Translations under genes and position numbers: made by a program | Notes under the pieces: model-generated | Seen by the model: the letters and a program-made list of their open reading frames with translations, nothing else | The model's database searches: none | What the model was told of the DNA's origin: nothing | Source: an uncultured bacterium | GTDB taxonomy: Bacteria; Cyanobacteriota; Vampirovibrionia; Gastranaerophilales; Gastranaerophilaceae | Reading direction: 5' to 3' | Assembly: GCA_947073645.1 (NCBI GenBank) | Contig: CAMTMK010000009.1 | Location: 812 to 64,811, forward strand | DNA length: 64,000 bases | In this document: positions 1-10,289 of the stretch, one piece after another | Layout of the letters: every line of letters starts with the position of its first letter | Position numbering within the stretch: the stretch's first letter is position 1

Positions 1-1
1 A

Positions 2-145
2 AACATTGATGAATACTTAAAAGCTATTCCAATGAAGAGACTTGGAACTCCGGAAGATATCGCAAAAGTTGTTAAATTCTTAGCACTTGAAACTGATTAT
101 GTAACAGGTCAAGCTATTGAAGTAGCTGGCGGTTTGATGATATAG
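2..145 (+). CDS. fabG: 3-oxoacyl-ACP reductase, 3' end only (truncated by window start)
   Basis: Manual translation NIDEYLKAIPMKRLGTPEDIAKVVKFLALETDYVTGQAIEVAGGLMI* is an SDR C-terminus; lies upstream of acpP-fabF. Confidence 0.85.
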   Translation, partial: NIDEYLKAIPMKRLGTPEDIAKVVKFLALETDYVTGQAIEVAGGLMI

Positions 146-162
146 TCAAAAAGATTGGTAAT

Positions 163-198
163 AAAAAAAGATGTGTCTTTTGGGGCACATCTTTTTTT
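163..198 (+). terminator. Intrinsic terminator after fabG
   Basis: AAAAAAAGATGTGTC-TTTTG-GGGCACATCTTTTTTT hairpin with T-tract. Confidence 0.7.
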
Positions 199-296
199 GC
201 GAAATGTAACAACTTCGTAAATTAATTGCCAAATTATCTTGAAGTAGTATAATTTAGTAGAATAGTGTATTACACAATAAATAAGAGGAAAAAAAC

Positions 297-527
297 ATGA
301 GTACATTAGAAAAAGTTAAAAAAGTTGTTGTAGACCAATTAAGCTGCGATGAAGCTTTAGTTACTCCAGAAGCTAGCTTTACAGCTGATTTGGGTGCTGA
401 CTCTTTAGATACAGTTGAATTAGTTATGGCTTTCGAAGAAGAATTCGGTTGCGAAATTCCTGATGAAGAAGCTGAAAAAATTCAAACTGTTCAAGACGCA
501 GTTAACTACATCGATTCACATAAGTAA
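297..527 (+). CDS. acpP: Acyl carrier protein
   Basis: [20 protein letters not shown] phosphopantetheine motif; RBS GAGG. Confidence 0.97.
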   Translation: MSTLEKVKKVVVDQLSCDEALVTPEASFTADLGADSLDTVELVMAFEEEFGCEIPDEEAEKIQTVQDAVNYIDSHK

Positions 528-656
528 GTGCTACGCACGTAGCCACTTAGATATCCGCTGGATTTCACGATATCTGTGAGAAGATATAAATTATTGCGAG
601 GGTGAAAATTGAATATTCAGTTTTACCCTCGTATTTATTAAAAAGGATAGTAAGAG

Positions 657-1910
657 ATGACTAAAAGAAGAGTTGTAATAACAGGGCTTGGGGCAGTTTC
701 ACCGTTTGGTATAGGTGTTGATAAATTTTGGAACAGCCTTGTTGAAGGAAAAAGCGGTTTAAGCACTTCCGAACTTATTGATATTGAAAAACACGTGGCT
801 AAAATCTCAGGTGAAGTTAAAAACTTTAATCCTGAAGAATATTTAGACCCGAAAGAAGCTAAAAAAATGGACAGATACATCCAATTTGCTATGATTGCTG
901 CGGATGAAGCTGTTAAAGATGCTAAATTAGAAGAAGTTAAAGACGTTGATCCTTATAAAATTGGTGTTATTGTTAGTGCTGCAGCCGGCGGTTTCAGAAC
1001 TTTCGAAGATAACCACATCAGAATTTTGGAAAAAGGACCTAACAAATGTTCTCCGTTTACAATTCCTATGATGATTGTAAATATGGCATCTGGTCGTATT
1101 TCTATGAGATATGGTTTTAAAGGTATTAACAAAGTAGTTGTATCGGCTTGTGCTACAGGTACACACTCTGTAGGTGATGCATTCCGTTCAATCCAGTACG
1201 GTGATGCTGATATTATGGTTGCAGGCGGATGCGAGGCTACTATTTGTGATGTTGGTATTGGAGCATTCTCTAGTGCTAGAACATTGTCAAGACGTAATGA
1301 CGAACCTACAAAAGCTTCTCGTCCTTGGGATGTTGACAGAGATGGTTTCATCATGTCTGAAGGTGCAGGCGTTCTTGTATTGGAAGAATATGAGCATGCT
1401 AAAAAACGCGGTGCAAAAATTTATGCAGAAGTTGTGGGTTACGCTCAAACAGGCGACGCTTATGATGTTGTTGCTCCTGATCCGGAAGGGCAAGGTGCAA
1501 TCCACTCTATGAGATTTGCATTGGAAGATGCAGGTTTGAAACCGACAGATGTTCAATATATCAATGCACACGGTACAAGTACAGGTTTGGGCGATGTTGC
1601 TGAATCAAAAGCTATTGCAAGTGTATTCGGTGACAGAAAACAAAACCCTGAATTGATGGTTTCATCAACAAAATCTATGCACGGACATTTGCTTGGTGCT
1701 ACAGGTGCTGTTGAAGCTATCGCTTGTGTAAAAACAATTACAGATGGTATTGTTCCTCCGACAATTAACCTTGATAATCAGGATGAACATGTTGCGGACT
1801 TGGATTACGTTCCGCACAAGGCAAGAAAAGCCGAAGTTCATGCGGCATTGTCAAACTCATTTGGGTTTGGCGGTCAAAACGCTTCACTGATATTCAAAGA
1901 AGTTAAATAA
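657..1910 (+). CDS. fabF: Beta-ketoacyl-ACP synthase II
   Basis: SACATG catalytic Cys, NAHGTST, TKSMHGHLLGA, SNSFGFGG. Confidence 0.97.
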   Translation: MTKRRVVITGLGAVSPFGIGVDKFWNSLVEGKSGLSTSELIDIEKHVAKISGEVKNFNPEEYLDPKEAKKMDRYIQFAMIAADEAVKDAKLEEVKDVDPYKIGVIVSAAAGGFRTFEDNHIRILEKGPNKCSPFTIPMMIVNMASGRISMRYGFKGINKVVVSACATGTHSVGDAFRSIQYGDADIMVAGGCEATICDVGIGAFSSARTLSRRNDEPTKASRPWDVDRDGFIMSEGAGVLVLEEYEHAKKRGAKIYAEVVGYAQTGDAYDVVAPDPEGQGAIHSMRFALEDAGLKPTDVQYINAHGTSTGLGDVAESKAIASVFGDRKQNPELMVSSTKSMHGHLLGATGAVEAIACVKTITDGIVPPTINLDNQDEHVADLDYVPHKARKAEVHAALSNSFGFGGQNASLIFKEVK

Positions 1911-1913
1911 TTT

Positions 1914-1940
1914 AAAAGCTCCCGAAAGGGAGCTTTTTTT
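1914..1940. terminator. Bidirectional intrinsic terminator
   Basis: AAAAGCTCCC-GAAA-GGGAGCTTTTTTT between convergent genes. Confidence 0.85.
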
Positions 1941-4900
1941 ATTGTTCTATTAAAACCCTATCGAGGCAGGCTTTTGGTGAATAGTGCCATTCGCGGTAAG
2001 TTATACGCTTAACTTTATAGCCTGAACGCTCGATTATAGCTTGTTTCTTCATGTTGGAAATGCGGTCGGAATTTTTGTCTTCAACACCGTCGATTTCAAC
2101 TACGAACTTGTCATCAACAAGAAGGTCGGCACTTAAGCCTGCAATGTCTGCACCTGCAGTGACTTTGTGGTCAAGCTCGCGAATTTTTTCTGCAACTTCG
2201 CGCTCAAGTGAATTTTTGTAGATATTTTCGTCGATTTCGCCAGAAAGCAGTGCTTCTTTGCGGTTTTGGTATTCCTGCATGAAGGAAACGTAGTTTCTGA
2301 AATGACCTTCGGGAAGTTCGCGCGGGTTGCGTGATACAAAGTTGATAACTCTGTTTCGTCCGCGGGTGATTGCTACGTTAAAGAGGTTTGATTTTTGCAT
2401 AAACATCAAACTTTGAACATAACTATTGTCTGCGATTGCCCAGGAAATCATCATAATATCGCGCTCGTCTCCTTGGAAGGTGTGCGCTGTACCGATTTCT
2501 ATCTGGTGTTTTTTAATCATGTAATCAGACAGAACTTTTGAAACAGATACTTTCAACTGTTCAACCTGCGCTCTGAACGGTGAAATTATACCGACAGATA
2601 CAGGATTGTCAGGGTTTTTGCGCTCGTCCTCTATAATTATTTCGTGTAATCTTTTTACAAGAGCCTCAATTTCAGGAAGGTTTCTTGTAGCATCAAAGTC
2701 TACTTTGCCGTCCAAAACTTCTACAAGCTCAAGAACTTTGTCTTCATTGTTGTCTTTTCTCATGACACGAATTCTGTTATTGTAAAACTCATGGTTTGAG
2801 AAGTTGATAATTGGCGGTAAGCTTCTAAAATGTTCGTCGAGCATGACAGAATTCATTGAATAGTAATCTGCTAAATCAAACATTGAATTTGTTCTGAAAC
2901 TCCACATCAGACGGTATTTGTCAGGAATTCCGTATTGGCTCAAGAATGATTGTTCTTTTGCTTTTTCCAAAAATGACAGGTGCGGAAGTTGTTTGTCGTC
3001 GCCTACAATTACGGCTTTTTTCGCTCTGAACAAAATAGGGAAACAGCTTGCAATATCGCATTGAGAAGCTTCGTCAATGATTGCAACGTCGAACATACCG
3101 GGTTTTAGTGGTAATGAGTCTGATACAGCATAAGTTGTTACGCACCAGCATGGGAAGGCTTCTAAAAGCGGTTTGAAATCTTCTTCTTCCAATATATTTG
3201 TTTGTAAACGTTTTCTAGTTGTGACAAGAGATTTTGCGTGAACTTTTAATCTTCTGCGTTTGTTTTCATCGCGCAATAATTCTTTCAAAGCTTCACGGCG
3301 TTTGTTTTTTAGGATATTTACGGCAAGGGTTTTTTGCTTGCGTTTCATTGTGCGGATTTGTTCCGAGAGAACATGAAGGTTGCCTGTTTTTTGGATTTCA
3401 GCTTCAATTTTTCTTAAAGTGTATTCTAAATTGGCAAGTTCTAGTTCTTGTTTAAGTCTGCCCAGAGTTTCAAAATTTACGTCAAAATCTTTGAGATTAA
3501 GGATTTTTTTCAATTGTCCCAAACTTGTGAAGTTTGCGATTTTTGCAACAAATCCCGCTTTTTCCATATTGTGTTCAAGAACTTTTATTATGCCTGCGAT
3601 TATATCAATTTCACCTTTTTTGAGTGATGTTTTTATAAATTCGCGTTTGCCTGTAAGTTTTTCTTGTTCTTCAACTTCTTCAAGTTTGTTGTGCCAGTCT
3701 TTTTCAAGCTTAATTATGGTTTCTGATTTGTTTTCCATGTTCTTAAGCATATCTAAATGGTCTTTCATATCTTTAGTATCTAGAAGAAGCATGTCTTCAA
3801 CATCATCATCAAGTGTCGGCTGTGAAAGCAGGTTGTTTAATTCTTCGCTTAATTGGCGTTGGTAATTCAAACGTCCTGCGCGAAGTGCCATGTGTGATGC
3901 GCCAAGGTCGTTTAAGCGTTCTGCAACAACATCAACCGCTTTGTCCATACGGGAAGCTACAAGGACGGTTTTGCCGTTTGCAACAAGGTGGGCTACCAAA
4001 TTTACGATTGTCTGCGATTTGCCTGTTCCGGGAGGTCCTTGAACTGCAACAAACTTACTGTTATCAATGTTTTTTACTACCTGTAATTGGCTGTCGCTTA
4101 GGGAGAGTGGAGTTATCGGATAGAAGTCCGTAATTTTATTCAAATCCTTTATGGGTACTGATTTTTCTTTGCTTTGAGCGTATTCTTCGTTGATTATGCT
4201 CAATGCGGTTTCTCTGTAAATCCCCGAGGGTTTTTCTGCAATTTGTGTAAGTTCGTGCAAAACACCTGCTGTAACTGACGGGCGTTTTGTCAGGATAATT
4301 GCGCTTTGATAAGTTACGGCAACTTTTTCGAGCTTAACTTTTTGTTTTTCGCGCTCTGTTTCTTCTTCCTCAATAATTTCTTCAAAGTTTTCGCCGTCGA
4401 CTTTTTCTTTATAAAAAGTTTTGGAAACGTTATCGTCTTCTTTGAAATCTCCGATATTTTCGGCGATTTCGAGGTCTGGAACGAGAGATTTAAGTGTGGT
4501 TAGGAATACGTCTAGTTTTTCTTGCGTAATCGGAAGGTCAGGTACAACGTCTAAAATCCCTTCCAAAAGCAAATCAACTTCATCTTCGTCGTCGTTTTTG
4601 CGCATTAGAGCCGCAAGTGCACCCGTATTAAGCGACAAAACTTCATCTTGAGGGAAACAGTTGATATTTACCCCGTTTCTTTCCAATTTACAAGGCATGT
4701 ATAATAGCGGGGTTAAGAATTCGTTTGCTTTTTTGGACTTTGAGCTTTTTCCGACCAAAAATAAGTAACCGTAAATTAAGTATTTATCTTTTTGACCCAA
4801 ATCGCTTTGTATCATAAGCTCTGTTAATTTAGGGTCGCTTCCGTCGAGTGGTAAGTATTCTTCTCCTGATGAGAAAAGTTTTTCTTCGCCAGATAAGAAA

Positions 4901-5049
4901 ATCCATTTGTTATCTTTGTCACCTTTCAGGTTTCTGAAAGTTGAGCTTTTAACCTCTTCTCTCACACAGTCGTGGAGATATTGGCTTAATTTTTTTATAA
5001 AACTTTGATTGAATGCTGAATTTATAGCGCGTGACGCTTCCTGTAACAT
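1939..5049 (-). CDS. Superfamily 1 (DNA2/NAM7/Upf1-like) helicase with C-terminal DUF559/Vsr-like nuclease-fold domain
   Basis: QGPPGTGKSQT Walker A, IIDEASQ, VGDDKQL, LDEHFRS, TAHTFQGDERD, NVAITRGR; C-terminal ADLLVDDKFVVEIDG. Confidence 0.85.
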   Translation of the reverse strand: MLQEASRAINSAFNQSFIKKLSQYLHDCVREEVKSSTFRNLKGDKDNKWIFLSGEEKLFSSGEEYLPLDGSDPKLTELMIQSDLGQKDKYLIYGYLFLVGKSSKSKKANEFLTPLLYMPCKLERNGVNINCFPQDEVLSLNTGALAALMRKNDDEDEVDLLLEGILDVVPDLPITQEKLDVFLTTLKSLVPDLEIAENIGDFKEDDNVSKTFYKEKVDGENFEEIIEEEETEREKQKVKLEKVAVTYQSAIILTKRPSVTAGVLHELTQIAEKPSGIYRETALSIINEEYAQSKEKSVPIKDLNKITDFYPITPLSLSDSQLQVVKNIDNSKFVAVQGPPGTGKSQTIVNLVAHLVANGKTVLVASRMDKAVDVVAERLNDLGASHMALRAGRLNYQRQLSEELNNLLSQPTLDDDVEDMLLLDTKDMKDHLDMLKNMENKSETIIKLEKDWHNKLEEVEEQEKLTGKREFIKTSLKKGEIDIIAGIIKVLEHNMEKAGFVAKIANFTSLGQLKKILNLKDFDVNFETLGRLKQELELANLEYTLRKIEAEIQKTGNLHVLSEQIRTMKRKQKTLAVNILKNKRREALKELLRDENKRRRLKVHAKSLVTTRKRLQTNILEEEDFKPLLEAFPCWCVTTYAVSDSLPLKPGMFDVAIIDEASQCDIASCFPILFRAKKAVIVGDDKQLPHLSFLEKAKEQSFLSQYGIPDKYRLMWSFRTNSMFDLADYYSMNSVMLDEHFRSLPPIINFSNHEFYNNRIRVMRKDNNEDKVLELVEVLDGKVDFDATRNLPEIEALVKRLHEIIIEDERKNPDNPVSVGIISPFRAQVEQLKVSVSKVLSDYMIKKHQIEIGTAHTFQGDERDIMMISWAIADNSYVQSLMFMQKSNLFNVAITRGRNRVINFVSRNPRELPEGHFRNYVSFMQEYQNRKEALLSGEIDENIYKNSLEREVAEKIRELDHKVTAGADIAGLSADLLVDDKFVVEIDGVEDKNSDRISNMKKQAIIERSGYKVKRITYREWHYSPKACLDRVLIEQ

Positions 5050-5098
5050 GTGATTACTCCTATTCCATTTTATACTATTTTACGCTAAAATCCTTGTT

Positions 5099-6172
5099 AT
5101 GAACATCATCAATATAAAGGATAAAAATCTGTTTTATATCGGCGGAGTTGTGCGCGACGAGATTTTGGGGCGCAAATCTTTTGATATTGACATTACTTAT
5201 GTTGGAAACGCGATTGAGTTTTGCTCAAAGTTTGGTGATGTTATTCAAGAAAATCCTGATTTCGGCACTGTTCGTGTGAATGTTGATGGGCAGGAAGTGG
5301 ATTTTGCTTCAACACGTTCGGAGAGTTACCCGCACAAAGGGCATTTGCCTGTTGTGGATAAAATCGGATGTTCGTTGAAAGAAGATGTTTTGCGCCGAGA
5401 TTTTACGATAAATGCGCTTGCCAAAAATACTTTAACAGGTGAAATTATTGATTACACCGGCGGATTAGAGGATTTAAAAAATAAAAAACTGAGAGTTTTG
5501 CATGACGAAAGTTTCATTGACGACCCGACAAGGATTATCCGCGGGCTGAAGTTTTCCGTTCGTTTCGGGTTTGAGCTTGACGAGTATACAAAGCATTTGC
5601 AAGACGAATATTTGAGTAATGTGAATTACGATATGAGCTACAAACGCGTGAAAAAAGAGCTTATTGAAACATTTAACCTCAATTCTCAACTCGCATTTGA
5701 AAAGTTTATAAATGAGGGAATTTACAAGCTTTTGGGGGATTGTGAGGTTACACTTCCGTCTGTGAATATTCAACAGCTTGTATCCGATTATGGTGCAGAA
5801 ATACCATGGATTATTTATTCAGGTGTGTTTGATTTGTCGCGTTTGCCGTTGACAAAAATTGAACAAAAAATTCTTGATGATATGCCCGAAAAGCTCGAAG
5901 GTGATTTTGAACTTTACAAAGCATTTGAAAATGTGCGTATTGAATCTGTTCTTTTGTATGCATTAAAAGATGAAGCAGGGGCAAGACATTATCTTGATAA
6001 TTTGCGCAAAATAAAAATTTCTGTAACAGGCAAAGACTTGCAAGCTTTGGGAATTAAACCGTCGCCAAAATATCAGGAAATTTTTGATATGTTATTGAAG
6101 GAAAAATTAGCAAATCCTTTAATGACAAAAGACGATGAAATTAGATTAGTTACCAAGGATATTTGTCATTAA
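5099..6172 (+). CDS. cca: Class II tRNA nucleotidyltransferase (CCA- or A-adding enzyme)
   Basis: GGVVRD, DIDI, RRDFTINAL, DDPTRIIRG motifs. Confidence 0.88.
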   Translation: MNIINIKDKNLFYIGGVVRDEILGRKSFDIDITYVGNAIEFCSKFGDVIQENPDFGTVRVNVDGQEVDFASTRSESYPHKGHLPVVDKIGCSLKEDVLRRDFTINALAKNTLTGEIIDYTGGLEDLKNKKLRVLHDESFIDDPTRIIRGLKFSVRFGFELDEYTKHLQDEYLSNVNYDMSYKRVKKELIETFNLNSQLAFEKFINEGIYKLLGDCEVTLPSVNIQQLVSDYGAEIPWIIYSGVFDLSRLPLTKIEQKILDDMPEKLEGDFELYKAFENVRIESVLLYALKDEAGARHYLDNLRKIKISVTGKDLQALGIKPSPKYQEIFDMLLKEKLANPLMTKDDEIRLVTKDICH

Positions 6173-6856
6173 TTTCCCAACCGTTGCGTTTTAAAAGTTC
6201 CGTACAATAAAACATAGCATTGCCGGAGGCACATTTTTGCAATACTACATCATCTGACATATTTTCACCTAATGTAAAAAATCCGTTTTGAGAATTAAAC
6301 ATTATCGGGAAAATATCATGTCCAAATCTGTTTTCACCAGAACCGCCATTTATGTCAATCATTATTATGAACATTCGGACAATACCTGTTGTTCCGTCGC
6401 CGTTATTTGCAAATATCAATGTTGTACCGTTTACAAGTTCAGCAAAATAGTAGTAGTAATGAGGTGGTGTATAATTATAAATACCGTTTTTATATCCTTT
6501 TTCTTGCAGTTGCGCACGTTTAGGCGGTGATGTTAGTTGTAAATACGGCAAAATATATTTGTCTGCAAATATTTTAACAAATTGTGTGTCTTGAATGTCT
6601 TCAACCTGTAAGCCCGAGTTTGCTTCCGACCAGCCGGAATAATCTCCATATTCTGTCTGTGCCATTTGAACTGCTTGATATAACTGGCTATATGCAGTTT
6701 TTACTCTTGTTGATACAACTTTCTTTTGATGTTTAGTGATTAATGTTGGAATAGTTATTGCTGCAACTACACCAATAATACCTAAAGTAATAAGGACTTC
6801 CGCTAAAGTGAAACCTTCGGGGGGGGGGTGCTTATGGCTTTTGATACTGTTTTCAT
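6150..6856 (-). CDS. Type IV pilin-like protein (prepilin N-methylation motif); frameshifted at a C10 tract in the leader (putative phase-OFF)
   Basis: ATG at 6856 with GGAGA RBS reads MKTVSKAISTPPP then stops; the frame from 6818 reads EGFTLAEVLITLGIIGVVAAITIPTLI and joins ORF 6150-6665; C8 or C11 would restore the frame. Confidence 0.88.
6819..6828. repeat. G10 homopolymer (C10 on coding strand)
   Basis: Counted directly: ttcGGGGGGGGGGtgc. Confidence 0.95.
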
Positions 6857-6912
6857 ATAAAAATCTCCTAATTATTTATTTATTATTTATGATGGTTTAA
6901 ATTTTGTCAAGT

Positions 6913-7479
6913 TTAAAGACTGTTTATTTTTTTAACCGTCTCTCTGATATATTGTTTTACAGCAGGTGTGATTAACAAATCAGGTTCTGCCATTGTAAAT
7001 TCGTCTAAGATGATTACTCCGCGTTTTAAATCTCCGCTTTCAATATACAATAATCCAAGCATTATTTTGTTTAAAGGGTTTTCATCTGAGCTGTATTCAA
7101 CCATTTTTTCAGAGATAAGTCCTAGAACCTTATAACAATGTGCCAAATCTTTATGATATTTGAAATTCAAACCGAATTGTTTCAAGGCATCTTCATAAGG
7201 TTCTTTTGCCATTTCCGGATGTTCAATTGCCATGTAAGCATCGCCGATATTATTGTAGTAAACGGCTGTGCCTTGAGTGTTTGGGTTCAAACTTATTGCA
7301 ATCTTGAACTCTTGTATCGCCGCATAGTAGCAATGTTCGTTCATATAGCGAAGTCCCATGTTATTATGTAAGAAAGCGTTTTTGGTCGCATCAATTGTGT
7401 ATGTTTCAGGTTTTCTGTAGGCTGATGTGACAAAACTCAAGAGTATTAACGATATAACAGCAAGTTTTTTATAATTCAA
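6913..7479 (-). CDS. Exported TPR-repeat protein
   Basis: Signal-peptide-like N-terminus; TPR patterns YYAAIQEFKIAISLNP, YYNNIGDAY. Confidence 0.75.
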   Translation of the reverse strand: MNYKKLAVISLILLSFVTSAYRKPETYTIDATKNAFLHNNMGLRYMNEHCYYAAIQEFKIAISLNPNTQGTAVYYNNIGDAYMAIEHPEMAKEPYEDALKQFGLNFKYHKDLAHCYKVLGLISEKMVEYSSDENPLNKIMLGLLYIESGDLKRGVIILDEFTMAEPDLLITPAVKQYIRETVKKINSL

Positions 7480-8395
7480 TCTCTAACCCTTCGTATGCAA
7501 GAATTATATTTTCATCAGTTTTGTAATGTTCTTTTATGCCGTTAAGCTTGTTATCATCATAGCTTGGGTCAAAGTGGAAAAATACCAGTTTTTCTGCATT
7601 TGCTTGTTTTTTGCTTTCTACTGCCATTTCAAAAGTTGAGTGGCCGTAACCTTGTTTTGGTGCAAATGTATCCAGATAATCTTCTGTTGTATATTGTGCA
7701 TCATGGATTAGAAGGTTACAGTTGCGCGCAAAGTTTGCCAGTTTTTTATCTCCGCCTTCGTAGCTTTCTTTGTCTGTTGCGTATACAAGAACTTTATCTT
7801 TGTATGATATTTTATAAATTAAAACACCTTCCTGCGGATGAGCATAAGAGCGGTAGCAGGTGATTAAAACATCGTCACCTTCTACTTTTGCATCATTTTC
7901 GTTTTCGATACGTTTGATAATAGGCGGTTCTCCATGGCGAAGGATTATGCCTTCGGTTTCGTTTAAGTCTTTGATATTTAAGTTTCCTGCAATGTCGCCC
8001 AAATCAAGCGGGAATGATTTGCCAAAAAGCAGATTTGCAAGTTCATCCGAAAGACTTTCATTATAATTAACGTTTCCGAAAACATTAATCTGAGATGATG
8101 GAATGTGAAGCGGTCTAAAGAATGTAAAACCTTGGAGGTGGTCTTGATGAATATGAGAAATCAAAACAGTTGCATTCATTGGAGTTCTGTCAGACGGATT
8201 AATGCCTGATGCAATATGTTTGCCTAAAAGTTCGTTTCCGATATTGATTAAGCCTGTTCCTGCATCAAGTATTATCAAATGACCGTTGACATTGATTTCT
8301 ACACAAGATGTGTTCCCGCCGTATTGGAGAAAATCTTTGTCTGCTATAGGATAGCTTCCTCTTACACCTCTGAATTTTACTTTAAATTCGCTCAT
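7469..8395 (-). CDS. Metallo-beta-lactamase-fold hydrolase
   Basis: GVRGSYP, GGNTSCV, DAGTG, SHIHQDH (HxHxDH), HDAQY, GHS, FHFDP. Confidence 0.88.
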   Translation of the reverse strand: MSEFKVKFRGVRGSYPIADKDFLQYGGNTSCVEINVNGHLIILDAGTGLINIGNELLGKHIASGINPSDRTPMNATVLISHIHQDHLQGFTFFRPLHIPSSQINVFGNVNYNESLSDELANLLFGKSFPLDLGDIAGNLNIKDLNETEGIILRHGEPPIIKRIENENDAKVEGDDVLITCYRSYAHPQEGVLIYKISYKDKVLVYATDKESYEGGDKKLANFARNCNLLIHDAQYTTEDYLDTFAPKQGYGHSTFEMAVESKKQANAEKLVFFHFDPSYDDNKLNGIKEHYKTDENIILAYEGLEIEL

Positions 8396-8397
8396 GT

Positions 8398-9375
8398 TTA
8401 ATTCCTCTTAATTGTTATCACTGCGTTTCTGTCTTTTTCTTCACCAAGATAGAAGTTGGATGAGAAGATTAACAGTTTTGCAAGTTTTTGAATATCTTTT
8501 AATCTTGTTTCTTTATCCTGAATTTCAATTACAACTTTGTTTCTGAAATTTGATATTGTAATCATTCTGAAAGCGTTCGGGTAAGTGACCATTGAAGGAC
8601 AGCTTACATAAACAATATTATCCTTTTGAGTGATTTTTGCGACATGATAATGTCCTTGAAATACTGCAATAGGGTTTTTATATTTATTAAGGATTTCTTC
8701 TACTTTGTCAGCATCTTCTAATCTGTGGTTCGGGCTGTTGAACGGTTCTAAAATAGGAACGTGCATAAAGATAAGGACAGTGTCTTTTTCAGAATTTTTT
8801 AATTCATTATCAAGCCAGGCCAATTGTTCTTCGCCTATTCTGCCGTTTGAGGTCAGACGTTCGCGGATTATGCTGTCCAAGACTATTGCTTTATAACCCT
8901 TTTGCGGAACGAATGAATAATATGTTTTTTCAAATTTGTAATTTTTATTGTATTTATTTACAAGTTCCATATATAATTTTGGGTTCAAATATCCGCCTAC
9001 CATTGTGTCATGGTTTCCGAACGAAAAATACCATGGAGCTTTAATTTTTTCTGTATAAGGTAAAAATGCGCTTAATTCTTTTTCAAAAGGTTTGTCGATT
9101 AAGTCACCTGTAAATATAACAAAATCAATGTTCGGAGTTTCATTAATCTGTGCAATTGCATCATCTAGAAGTTCTCCCGAGCGTCCAATCATTTTATAAG
9201 TTGTGTTATCTGTACCTGTATAAAAATGTGTGTCGCTTAATTGTGCAAACTTAAGGCTTGATGTACTGCTGTAACATTGAAGCCCGAAAAACATTACACC
9301 TGCCAATAGTATTGATATTGACCAGTTCTTAATCGAATTCATTATTGTTTCCTTTTTTCTTTTTCTTCGTGTCAT
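8398..9375 (-). CDS. Calcineurin-like metallophosphoesterase (Icc/CpdA-like), probably exported
   Basis: SDTH, TGDL, GNHD, FMH, QGHYH; hydrophobic N-terminal segment. Confidence 0.88.
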   Translation of the reverse strand: MTRRKRKKETIMNSIKNWSISILLAGVMFFGLQCYSSTSSLKFAQLSDTHFYTGTDNTTYKMIGRSGELLDDAIAQINETPNIDFVIFTGDLIDKPFEKELSAFLPYTEKIKAPWYFSFGNHDTMVGGYLNPKLYMELVNKYNKNYKFEKTYYSFVPQKGYKAIVLDSIIRERLTSNGRIGEEQLAWLDNELKNSEKDTVLIFMHVPILEPFNSPNHRLEDADKVEEILNKYKNPIAVFQGHYHVAKITQKDNIVYVSCPSMVTYPNAFRMITISNFRNKVVIEIQDKETRLKDIQKLAKLLIFSSNFYLGEEKDRNAVITIKRN

Positions 9376-10253
9376 CTTTTATCCAGCATTTGTTTTATAT
9401 TATTATATGTTGAATTCAAAGTTTTATCATCATCAGAGAGTATGATTGCTTTATCGAGATTTAAAAGTGCGCTTTTGTAATCTTTTTGTGCATAATCACA
9501 TAATCCTATTAACTTATAAACTTCTGAGGTTTGAACATTTCTTGATAAAAGATTTAATTTCTCTCTTGCATCGTCATAATTCCCTTTGTAATAAAGAATT
9601 TTTGCCTCTATTAACAGGTATGAAATATTCTCCTCTATTTTTAATGCTTTTTTAATATCATCATATGCATCGTTCAAATAATTCATGTTCAAATAAGCAT
9701 CTGCTCTCAGGGCGTATGCAATATCCGAATGTTTGTTATAAGTAAGGTATTTGTTCAATGTATCAACTGCGTTTTGGAACTGTTTGTTATCAATGTATGC
9801 TTTGCCGAGTCCCAAATAACTTTGTGAGTAATTCGGTTTTAGTTCGATTGCTTTTTGATAGTGATAAATTGATTTTTCCAAATTATTCTCTCTATAGTAT
9901 TCTGCAAGAAAATAGTTTGCCCAAAAGTCATTTGGTATTGCAGAAAGTGCTTCAACCTGTTTTTTTCTGTTTCCTGATTTTTTGAATGAAAATGCTTTCT
10001 GTAAATTGGGGTTAGTTGATGTTAAATATGATTGAATTTCAGGGTTCATAATACGCAAAAGTGTGTTTTTTAGTTCTTTTGCCTCAGTATTATTGGGTTC
10101 TGCCTGCAAAATCTTGTCGATATAAACAATTGCATCATTATATCTGCCATATGTACAATAATTTGTTGCTATATCAAGATAATCCTCAATAAGCTCATTT
10201 GCACCTGCAGGAATACATAAAAACATAATTAATAATAAAAGCACTTTCTTCAT
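9372..10253 (-). CDS. Exported TPR-repeat protein
   Basis: Signal peptide MKKVLLLLIMFLCIPAGA; several TPR repeats (AIELKPNYSQSYLGLG). Confidence 0.8.
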   Translation of the reverse strand: MKKVLLLLIMFLCIPAGANELIEDYLDIATNYCTYGRYNDAIVYIDKILQAEPNNTEAKELKNTLLRIMNPEIQSYLTSTNPNLQKAFSFKKSGNRKKQVEALSAIPNDFWANYFLAEYYRENNLEKSIYHYQKAIELKPNYSQSYLGLGKAYIDNKQFQNAVDTLNKYLTYNKHSDIAYALRADAYLNMNYLNDAYDDIKKALKIEENISYLLIEAKILYYKGNYDDAREKLNLLSRNVQTSEVYKLIGLCDYAQKDYKSALLNLDKAIILSDDDKTLNSTYNNIKQMLDKR

Positions 10254-10289
10254 ATTTGAATTATAACATAATTATAATATAATAAGTTT

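Noticed and set aside
598-632. Hairpin CGAGGGTGAAAA...TTTTACCCTCG between acpP and fabF as a riboswitch
   Set aside because: A single stem with no recognisable aptamer; more simply a processing or stabilising hairpin.
1939-5049. SF1 helicase-nuclease as an anti-phage defence system
   Set aside because: It stands alone between housekeeping genes with no defence partners; the motifs do not discriminate defence from repair.
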